Source: Pseudovirgaria hyperparasitica (taxonomy: Eukaryota). Taken from it: 56,372 bases of DNA. Shown here one piece after another: positions 26,650 to 36,058 of the stretch. The position numbers were made by a program, and so were the translations under genes. The stretch is taken from assembly GCA_010093815.1 (NCBI GenBank), contig ML996573.1; one strand, given 5' to 3'. A model generated the notes under the pieces. The model worked only from the letters and a program-made list of their open reading frames with translations, ran no database searches and was not told the DNA's origin. The stretch's first letter is position 1. Every line of letters starts with the position of its first letter.

Positions 26650-26970
26650 TACCGTTATATAGTAGGACGTTACTATATATGCCGGCATATAATAGAATAT
26701 TCCGACATGCGCCGGTATATTATAGGATATTTCTAGATACTTAAAGTATAGTCGTAGTATAAAGTAGTATTACTATTATATACCGGTATATAGTAGAACG
26801 TTACTATATATGCCGGTATATAACGGGATCATGTTCCGATATACTATATGCCGCTAGTATATTATAGAATATTCCTAGATACTTAAAGTATAGTTATAAT
26901 ATAAAGTAGTATTACTATACTATACCGGTATTTAGTAGAACGTTACTATATATACCGGTATATAATAGGA
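26650..26970. repeat. Right subterminal tandem repeat (131-142 bp period, ~2.3 copies)
   Basis: acgttactatatat(g/a)ccgg at 26667, 26798 and 26940. Confidence 0.85.
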
Positions 26971-27004
26971 TTAAACGTTTTCTTAACGTTCGATAGAACG
27001 ATTC

Positions 27005-27180
27005 TAAAAGAACTAGGACGGCTCTAGAAGAACTAGGACGACTCCGGGAGGACTAGGACGACTCTAGGAGGATTAGAATAACTCTAGAAGTACCGGGACG
27101 ACTCTAGGAGGATTGGGACAACTCTAGAAGTACCGGGACCCATTTGGGATAACTTTAGAAGTACCGGGAGACCTAGAAGC
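27005..27180. repeat. Right subterminal ~20-bp tandem repeats next to the TIR
   Basis: Variants of actctaggaggactaggacg and actctagaagtaccgggacg. Confidence 0.85.
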
Positions 27181-27181
27181 A

Positions 27182-27208
27182 TTGGGAGCGCCGTATCTTT
27201 CCTAATGG
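27182..27208 (-). repeat. Right terminal inverted repeat
   Basis: ttgggagcgccgtatctttcctaatgg. Confidence 0.9.
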
Positions 27209-30200
27209 ACTTTTCTAAAAATTTAATATAAAGAGCTTATCTCTATTAGATATAATACTATTAGATAAACTATAGTTTACTATAACTACTCGTAGGAATA
27301 TATAGACTATTTCTTCTATATCTATATTCTTTTAATAGGGTATAAAGTAGGTATACTTCGTAAGTTTATTAACTACTACTAGTATAGTATTATACTATAC
27401 TTATAAAACTAGTTCTCTTAAGAGTAGTAGATCTATTATAAAGTCTATAGAGATTATTTTCTAAGTATATAATAGTAGGGGAATCGGTTAAAGTTCTCTA
27501 TATAGTTTATATCTATTAGATTAGCTTTTACTATATAGAATATAGTCCTATATAACTTTCTTAATAACTTATCTTTCCTTATAAGTTATATAGTATCTCT
27601 TAAATCTTTTATAAGTTTTTATTTCTTCTTAATATCTATATATTGGATCTTTATAGAATTCTTTAATAAAATAATAGGCCTCGTCCCTTAGGATTATACT
27701 CCTTCCCTTAGAATTCTTAAATATAAATTCTTTCTATATTACTATAACGTATTATATTAGTTTAAGGTTTCCTTCTTTAGTAATTTCTAATATAGTCTAT
27801 TCTATAGTAGGTTCTTTTTGCTTATATTCTACTTATTAGCTAAGGGTATTAGCTCTTCCGTTTTCGGATCCTTTATAGTATATAATTTAGATATTAAACT
27901 CTATAAGAAGCTTATACTAACTAATTTATTTCTTTCGGAGTTCCTTTATTATAGTAAAGGTAGTTAGGTTTTTATAGTTAGTATATACCTTTACTATATA
28001 GTCTAATCCGTAGAGATAGCTTCTCTATTTCTTAAGATACTTAATTATAGTATAGAGTTCTTTTTTATAGATTAGCTAATTTATTTCTAATCCTTAGAAT
28101 TTTCGGGAGTAAAATACTATAGAATATCTTTTCCCTTATTTATCTATCTAGGTTAACTACCCTCTAATAGTAAATTCTAATATATCTATCTTAACTTTAT
28201 AGAGTTTTCCTATTTAATATATCTTTAATATAGGTTTAGTTATAATAGACTCTTTTAATTATTAAAATACTTATTCTTACTTTAGTCTCTATTTAAATAT
28301 TATATTTTTCTTTATAAGCTTATATAGTAGGGCCGTCTTTATAGAATAGTTATATATAAATTATCTATAAAAGTTTATAAATCCGGTAAATCCTCAGATT
28401 TCCTTAACTATCTTAGATTATTTCTAGTTTTTAATAGCTTTAATCTTCTTTAGGTCTATTTATATTTCTCTAGATATAATTTTAAATTCTAAAAATATAA
28501 CTTTCTATATATAGAAGATACTCTTCTTTAATTCTACTAGTAGATTTACTATTTATAATTTCTAAAGTATCTTATATATATATTCTCTATACTCTAATAG
28601 GTTTCTTAAATAAATTAATATATTATCTAGGTATACTATTATAAAGTAGTTAAGGTATTCTCTTAGTATATTATTAATTAGTATTTAGAATATAGCTAGT
28701 ATATTAGTTAGTCTAAATAGTATTACTAGATATTTATAGTAGCCGTATTAAGTCTAAAAAGCTATTTTCTATTTATCTCCTTCTATTATATATATAAGGT
28801 TATAGACTTCTTATAAGTCTATTATAGTAAAGTACTAAGCTTCTATAAGTTAGTCCTATAATTTATTAATTTAGGGTAGAGGGTATCTATTTTTAATAGT
28901 AATATTATTTAAGTATTAATAGTCTATATAGGGTCGTTCGCTTCTATCTTTCTTTAGTATAAAGAGTATTAGATATTCTATAGATAATTTAGAGAGTTAG
29001 ATATATCCCTTTACTTCTATTTTCTTAATATATTATTACGTTATCTCTAGTTATTTTTTAGTAAGTTAGTATATACTTTTAAATATAGATACTATTTCTA
29101 GTTAGAGTATTATTATATAATTATATAGGCTATACTTTAGTAGTTCTATCTTAAGTTCTTCTTTAAAGATAATATAGTATTAGTAGTATTTCTTTAGTAT
29201 AAGTACGTCGTTTATTTTTTAAATCTATTTATCTATAGGCGTACTTTATTATACTATATATTTCTTATATAAGGGTCCGCTCTTTATATTACCTTACTTA
29301 TTATTAAGCTTCTAAATATAGTAGATAGACTTCCCGGTTATTAGCGCCTTTATAGATTTATTAATCTCTACTTCTTCTTTAATAGTTTCTAAGGGTCTTA
29401 ATATTTCCTAGGGTATAATTTTCTTAGTTTTCTAGTTAATTATAGAGTTAACTTCTTCGAGCTATAGTATTCCTAGAATTAAGTTATATTATTCTAGCTC
29501 CGCTATATCTAGTTATAATTATTAGTATTCTACTATTAAGACTAAATCTAGAGGTTCTATTTCTAAGTATACTATCCTATTAGTATATTCTATATTAAGT
29601 CCTTTAAATATAGATAGTTTATATAGTTCTTCTTTACTATTATAGGATATTTTTAGTTTATCTACTATAGTTAGAGAGATAAAATTAGACTATACTCCGC
29701 TATTAATTAGTACTTTAATAGATTATTTTTAATAGAGCTAAATTTTAAGAGATATTTATATTTTATTATCTAAGCTACTAATAGATACGAGAGATTTTCT
29801 TTTTAGCTTAGCTATTTCTCTTAGGGTATCTAGCCTTTCTAGTTTTTTCGTAGCTTACTAAGTTCTTATTCCGTTTCTTATATAAGTTAGATTATAGATT
29901 AAACTTATTTCTTAATTTTATCTAAGTCTACTTAAAGATTATACTATATAATAGCCTTAGATATTAAATAAGTTCGGTACGTAACGTCCGGATATTAGAT
30001 ATATTAATTCTCTAGATAAATCTTATTTTCTACCCGTTTTAATATAAAGTAGTTTTTATTAGCTTTCTTAGTAATTATTTTATACTATTATATATCTTCG
30101 TCCCTAAAGGCTTTTAGAATTACTTAATTTTAATACTATTATAGAAACTATTTCTAGGTTCGCTTCTTATAGAGGTAGCGAAGATAGTTATTATAGATAT

Positions 30201-32167
30201 AAGTAACCTAGGAAGTCTTACTATGTTCCTCGTGGTAGGTTAAAATAAGTTAGTTATCTTCTAATTAGATTTCTACGTCTCTTCTAGGTGGGTCTCTATT
30301 ATTCTTATCTATATACTTTCTATAGTAATAGATAATATAGTAAGTAATAGGGTCTTATATTATTATTAACTTATTATATAGTTCTTCTATAGTAAGGGTT
30401 TCTTTCTTACTATTCTCCTCTATAGTACTTCCTTTAATTATTACTTCTTTAGATACTATTTCTTTACTTAGTTTAGGTCTTCTTATTACTTCTAAGTATT
30501 TCTATAGTTCTACTTTTTCGTAAAGTAATAGGGGTTATTTACTAGCTATTAAGATATTTCTTTTCTTTAGATACTAATCTATACCGTCTTTTTCTAACTT
30601 ATATATAAAATAGAGGTTATTAGTATAACTAGTCTATAATATAGCTATATAAGGTACTTCTTTCTTTTCTATAGTGAAGTTCCCTCGTCTTAGTACCGGG
30701 TCTTTAATCTAACTTTTCTTATTCTTATTTTTTAGGTATTCGCGTATATAGTATCCCTTTTCCTTATAGTAGAGATACTTACCTTCCTTCTTTAGTTACT
30801 CCTTTTCTTTATTAGATAGTTATTTTATCTATAAGGCGCTAAGTTCTATAGATACGGGTCCGTTATAGAATCCCTTATATAAGTAGTTTAGGGCTTTATT
30901 AAGATAGCCCTTCCTTATATCTTATTTAAGTATAGGTTAAAAGACCTTCTTCCCTCTTTTCTTATAGCGTCTCTTATATAGTTAGTTATTAATCTAGACT
31001 ATAAGCTTAATATACTTCTAGAGGTTAGTAGAATAGTCTCTCTCTCTAGAGATTTCATCCTTAACATTATTATATAATCTAGTATAGAACTAGAGAATTA
31101 GGGGTTTATCATCCTATCCTAGCTAACTAGAGATTTATTAGAATTTAGAGGCGTAGTTAGACGTAGATTTTATCTAGACTATTTACTAGATCTATCTCTT
31201 AGCTATCCTTTATTTATCTATATCTCTAAAAGTTATCTTAATATATTTCTTAAATTCTTTAAAGCGTTTAAAGACCTTAGTAGTATTATTCTATTAATTC
31301 TACGGATTATTTTCTATAAAGTCCCTTAAGTAGAGCTCGAACCATGTAAGTATATCTCCCTTTAGTAGTCTAGCAGTAAATATAACTTATTCTTCTAGGT
31401 CCTAAATTTAATAGGCCTAGAGATATATTCTAATCTATATTAGGAATCCTTAGAGTTCGCTTTACTTACCTTTAAAAGGTTCTAGAATTTTTCTTTTAAA
31501 GCTCTCTTTAGCTTTTCTAAGTTTAATATTTTCTCTTTAGAGCTCCGCGACTTACTCCTCTAATTTAGTAATAAGGTATCTAACTTATTCTATAGTTAGT
31601 ACTTATAGAGTAGTTTATAAAGATAAGGATTATCTATTATTTACTATTTTATATTTAAATAGATAGCGTGAATACTTACTTTAGAGTCTAAGATAAGTAA
31701 TTAAACTATAATAAACCTTCCTTAATAAGGGTGCGGCTTATCTCTAAAGTAGTCCGTTCTATAGAGTATTCTAGCTTTTCTAAAGATAAAGGTACTTAGA
31801 AGGCTTAGAGAAGTATAAGTAGGTTTATAGTAAGTATTAATAGGGTATAAATAGTAACTAGCTAGTAGGCGAGTGAAGTAGTAATTATATCGGTATAAGT
31901 TTAAATTAATTACTATAGAACTATTTCTAGAGATCGGGTCTAAAGGGTCTATATAGTTCTACTAAGGTCCTCTAATTAGAATGCTTATTCTAAGTATTTA
32001 GTACGTTACTTAGAATACTAATATTCTATTTCTAATTACTAGATAGACTACTTAGAATATCTATTCTAAGTATCTATAATTAGCTCTCCCTATAGGTGTC
32101 TATCTCGGCCTTAGATTATTATCTAAGGTTACCTATTATATTATAGGCACCTCTTCTACGTGTTATA
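27209..32167 (-). mobile_element. Ty3/Gypsy LTR retrotransposon (5' LTR, gag, PR, RT, RH, 5' part of IN), heavily RIP'd; host of the TIR element
   Basis: Reverted motifs: gag knuckle CLHCKEKGHYARECP (~30735-30780), protease ALIDSGA (~29692-29713), RT YLDD (~28622-28633) and integrase SDRDKLFTSNFWKS (27209-27250). Confidence 0.88.
31707..32167 (-). repeat. Probable 5' LTR of the host Gypsy element
   Basis: Bounded by tataata...tgttata (RIP'd TGTAACA...TGTTACA) just upstream of gag. The partner LTR is outside the window. Confidence 0.6.
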
Positions 32168-33381
32168 CTATTTCTTATACTACTTATACTAGAGTCTACG
32201 TATTCTTCTATGGCTCTAGCTGGTAATTCATTATATATACTTTATTCTATAGTTCTACTATAAATAACTCCCTCTTAGTAAAGAAGTCTTCTTATATAAT
32301 CTAATAGATAAGAATAGAGTCTTAGAGCTCTACTATTATAGTAGAATATGTTTTTAATTTTACTTTAATCTCTTATATATTCTTCTACTATATCTTTATA
32401 ATCTTAATTCTAGGGTATTTCTAGTTATTAGATTATTCTATTTACTTAATATTATTAGTATTAATAATATATCTCTAGATAGAGACTATATATATCTATA
32501 TTAGATATATATTAGCGTAGATAGATATACTAGAGAAGATATTATTAATTATATTTAGGTTATAGAAGATAGTCTATTAGACTATATTAGTAGTAGTAGT
32601 TAGTACTATATCTTCTAGAGTAAGTTTAGCTATAACTATATTTAACTATATTTCTTTTTATTTATTAATCTTATTAATAATATTCTTTAGAGATATCTTC
32701 TAGACCTATATAAGAGTATTCTTATTCTAGATAATAATCTATATACTATATACTTCTTCTATAGATATTCTTAGTATTTAGATTATTCTAGTTATACTAT
32801 CTAATAGTACTATAACTTAGATCTATATAGTTAGATATTTTTTCTAGATAAGGTCTTTCTAGATTCTTAGTAGACTAGCCTTAATTTAGTCTAATCTTAA
32901 TTCTAGACTTACCTCTAGTATTTACTTTACTCTTATAGTAAGCTTCTTAATATTCTAGACTAGACTTTAGAAGATACTAAGAAGGGTAGTCTTATCTTTC
33001 TTAATCTCTCTCTCTATATATACTATCTAGTAGTTAATTTTATCTAGGAGAGTATCCCTAGTTAGGGTTCTCTCTTTCTTCTTTATCTATAGTATTCTAT
33101 ATCTTTAGTTATTTATTATCTTTTAGATGGGGGTTTAATTATTCTAGGATATTCCGCTATATAGCTATTTCTACTATACTAGGGTTAGAGATATACCTAG
33201 TAGAAACTAGGGTATATTAGCGCCTAAGGCCTCTATAGTTATTAGTTAAGGGCTACCCTTAACTAATAAAAGGGAGTTAGTATATTAGTATTTAGTAGTA
33301 GTAGTCTATACTTATATCTTTAATAAGTTTTTAAGTATATATATATAGTATCTCTATATATTAGTATTACTATATTTTATA

Positions 33382-33422
<41 letters not shown>

Positions 33423-33519
33423 GGGTTATTATACTTGGTATACTCTATTAATTAATATATATATAGATCGTTATATTGCCCTAAGTTAACTAGTTTAGTC
33501 TCTTAGAGTATAAAGAAGT
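32168..33519 (-). mobile_element. 5' part (UTR and ORF1) of a second, more heavily RIP'd Tad1-like LINE
   Basis: Collinear similarity to ~11600-12810, including the hairpin at 33239-33269 and the 5'-terminal ...gaagt. Confidence 0.8.
33385..33419. repeat. (TA)n microsatellite in the LINE 5' UTR
   Basis: About 17 TA units. Confidence 0.95.
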
Positions 33520-33899
33520 CTATATATTTTTTAGTATAGCTTAGTTAATATAGTAGTTATATAATCTATAGAGCTATCTCTAAGGTAATAGCTAGAAAGT
33601 AAGAGATAAGTATATATATAAGTTAATAAAAGTAAACTAAGATCTAAAGTTTATCTATATAAAGACTATTAATTATATTATAAAGACTTAATTAGATATA
33701 TATAGAAATATAATAATTTTAGAATTTTAGATTTATATATAGTTAAATACTTTAGAGTAAAGTATAAAAGAAAGAAGAAGATTATTAGAATAAGTACTAG
33801 AATAGACTTAACTAGACTACTATAGTCTAGTATAGTTCTATAATAGAAGGACCTAGACTAAGTTAGCTAGAATAAGTAAGATTACTATATAAATAGATT

Positions 33900-34370
33900 A
33901 TATATACTTAATTTCTACTCTTTAGAAATTAATCTTATTATAAGAGTAGACTATTCTTTTAAATATACTTCTAAATTCTTTTATAATCTATTAGACTACT
34001 ATTCTATATCTATAATTCTTATAGAGATAGTATTATATTATATCTCTCTAGCTATATACTTTATACTATAGAGATACTTCTAGAATACTTCTCTAGTATA
34101 GATAGTATAGAAGTTCTATAGCTTCTATTTAGACTTAGAGAAGGATAGATATCTAGACTTTTATAAGCTCTTTATATATCTATTTACTTAGTTTCTTCTA
34201 TAGTTTTTAAATCTACTCTAGATATCTATTCTATTAGAATATCTAATAGACTTAGAGAGCTTCTTTCTATTTATTCTAGGTCTATAATTATATAGTTAAT
34301 ATAAGCTTCTAAGAGTTCTACTAGTTTAGAGAGATATCTAGATTATCTCTAATCTCTTATATAATCTAGT
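33900..34370 (-). mobile_element. LINE ORF2 3' fragment
   Basis: Similar to ~8040-8390, e.g. tctatttacttagtttcttctatag...atctactctagatatctattcta. Confidence 0.75.
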
Positions 34371-34644
34371 TTAAGTCTATCTCTAGATATATATCTATAG
34401 AGTATTACTCTATCTAGTTATATAATAATAATATTATTATTATTATTATAGATATTCTATTATTATAGAAGATATCTAAAAAATATTATATTTAAAAAAT
34501 ATAGAGAAAGAAATAGTATAACTATAGAGCTACAAAAGTTTTTTTAATATAGATTTCTCTATATATAATAGCTTAGACTAGAGTAGATTTAGATCTATAG
34601 AGTAGTAATCTATCTAGTTAAATAATAATAATATTATTATTATT
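34370..34644 (+). mobile_element. Two short LINE 3'-end fragments with (TTA)n tails
   Basis: tagagta...ctatctagtta(t/a)ataataataatattattatta at ~34397-34447 and ~34596-34644, similar to the reverse complement of 7530-7580. Confidence 0.7.
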
Positions 34645-34822
34645 CTAGATAGATAAAGAAAGAGAGAACTAGAGAGTCTTAGGCTCTTATAAGAATAACT
34701 AGTACTTTAGCGCCTTGGCATTCTATATATAGGGACCTAAGTTTACTATGTAACGTATACCTTACCTACTGTGAATGGGACACGATATCACATCCGACCT
34801 TTTGTACTGTTATGTAGCAGCC

Positions 34823-35950
34823 ATGATTACGTCGAAGCGGGTTGCTCTTGTTGTAGTTGCCATTCTTACGATACTTTTCTTCCTCCATAGCTTACGATCC
34901 TCCTCACCTCAGCATTCACCCTCCGATCAATTGCCTAAGTTTGTAACATCAACCCGGAGCTCAGCTTCACAACTCAAGGAAGACTTACGTGCCTCCATGG
35001 TAGAAGCGTCTCGATTTGCAACAGGGAAGGGTAGTGCGGCAGAGTCGCTCAAGTTATCTTCTCTTCAGAATCCTTTGAAGGGGCTTGGCACGAGGTCGCT
35101 CCGTGAACAGCTTGAATATCAATTTCCATACGATCCGCAATCTAACTTCCCGGCATACATTTGGCAGACATGGAAGCACGACCCGTCGGAGGTGTCCTTC
35201 GAGGAAGAATTCAGAGAGAACGAAATTAGCTGGACCCAATTGCACCCAGGCTTCGTACACGAGGTCATAACGGATGATATCGCGGTGCACTTGTTGCGCC
35301 ATCTGTATGCATCCTTGCCAGATGTATTGGCTGCCTATCATGCCCTGCCACTCCCAATACTCAAGGCTGACTTCTTCCGGTACCTAATTCTACTTGCACG
35401 CGGCGGTATCTACTCTGACATTGATACTGCTGCGCTCAAGCCTGCGACGGACTGGGTTCCTGCTAAGATTCCAAGAGATTCCTTCGGTATGATCATAGGT
35501 ATCGAGGCCGACCCGGATCGAGACGATTGGGCGGATTGGTACTCCCGGAGAATACAATTTTGTCAATGGACGATACAATCAAAGCCTGGTCATCCTATAC
35601 TTCGTGATGTCGTAGCCAACATTACGGAAGAGACTCTTCTTCGCAGAGATCGAGGCCGGCTCTCCAGAGACCACAGAGGCATAGTCGACTTCACTGGCCC
35701 TGCGCTATGGACTGATATCATCTTCAAGTACTTCAACAATCCGAGCGTTTTCGATATGAGCACGAGCCAGGGCAGCGTAACGTGGCAACATTTCACGAGG
35801 ATTACGAGCGCAAAGAAAGTTGGCGACGTAATCGTGCTACCCATTACGAGCTTCTCGCCTGGTGTAAAACAAATGGGTGCCGGAGAAGATGACGATGATA
35901 TGGCATTCGTTAAGCATCACTTCGAAGGCACTGTTACCCTAAGGGATTAG
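34823..35950 (+). CDS. OCH1: Initiation-specific alpha-1,6-mannosyltransferase (GT32); native C-terminus replaced by LTR-encoded VTLRD*
   Basis: N-terminal signal anchor, then FPYDPQSNFPAYIWQTWK, ADFFRYLILLARGGIYSDIDT (DxD), IGIEADPDRDDWADWYSRRIQFCQWTIQSKPGHP and VLPITSFSPGV...FVKHHFEG. No RIP signature. An upstream in-frame ATG at 34775 is possible. Confidence 0.92.
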   Translation: MITSKRVALVVVAILTILFFLHSLRSSSPQHSPSDQLPKFVTSTRSSASQLKEDLRASMVEASRFATGKGSAAESLKLSSLQNPLKGLGTRSLREQLEYQFPYDPQSNFPAYIWQTWKHDPSEVSFEEEFRENEISWTQLHPGFVHEVITDDIAVHLLRHLYASLPDVLAAYHALPLPILKADFFRYLILLARGGIYSDIDTAALKPATDWVPAKIPRDSFGMIIGIEADPDRDDWADWYSRRIQFCQWTIQSKPGHPILRDVVANITEETLLRRDRGRLSRDHRGIVDFTGPALWTDIIFKYFNNPSVFDMSTSQGSVTWQHFTRITSAKKVGDVIVLPITSFSPGVKQMGAGEDDDDMAFVKHHFEGTVTLRD

Positions 35951-36039
35951 TGCCTTGGCACCAACTTAGTAGACACCTCATGTACTCTAGCCTCTTCCTA
36001 TAGACATCCACTAATACGATAAGAGATATGAACCCTATA
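35932..36039 (+). repeat. 5' LTR of the outer element
   Basis: tgttaccct...aaccctata; differs from the 3' LTR by 13 transitions. Confidence 0.95.
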
Positions 36040-36040
36040 G

Positions 36041-36058
36041 TGGTGCATCGACTGGGAA
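36041..36058 (+). promoter_or_regulatory. Primer-binding site, probably tRNA-Gly
   Basis: tggtgcatcgactgggaa begins 1 nt after the LTR. Its complement ...TTCCCAGTCGATGCACCA resembles a tRNA-Gly(GCC) 3' end. Confidence 0.7.

Larger units (their letters stand above)
174..27208. mobile_element. Giant TIR DNA transposon (Plavaka/CMC-like) with helicase cargo, RIP-inactivated
   Basis: 27-bp inverted repeats at both ends, subterminal tandem repeats and a Plavaka transposase ORF. The two flanks are adjacent pieces of one Gypsy integrase motif. Confidence 0.85.

Noticed and set aside
27005..27180. CRISPR-like array
   Set aside because: Contiguous degenerate tandem units with no unique spacers, in a eukaryotic context. 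These are subterminal repeats.
174..27208. Starship or Helitron identity for the giant element
   Set aside because: No tyrosine-recombinase captain motifs and no HUH Rep/PIF1 motifs recognised. It has TIRs and a Plavaka transposase, and the helicases are UPF1-like and SNF2-like.
35054..35844. Short ORFs overlapping OCH1, and likewise those overlapping the kinase at 53732-55303
   Set aside because: Shadow frames of well-supported genes with no recognisable motifs.
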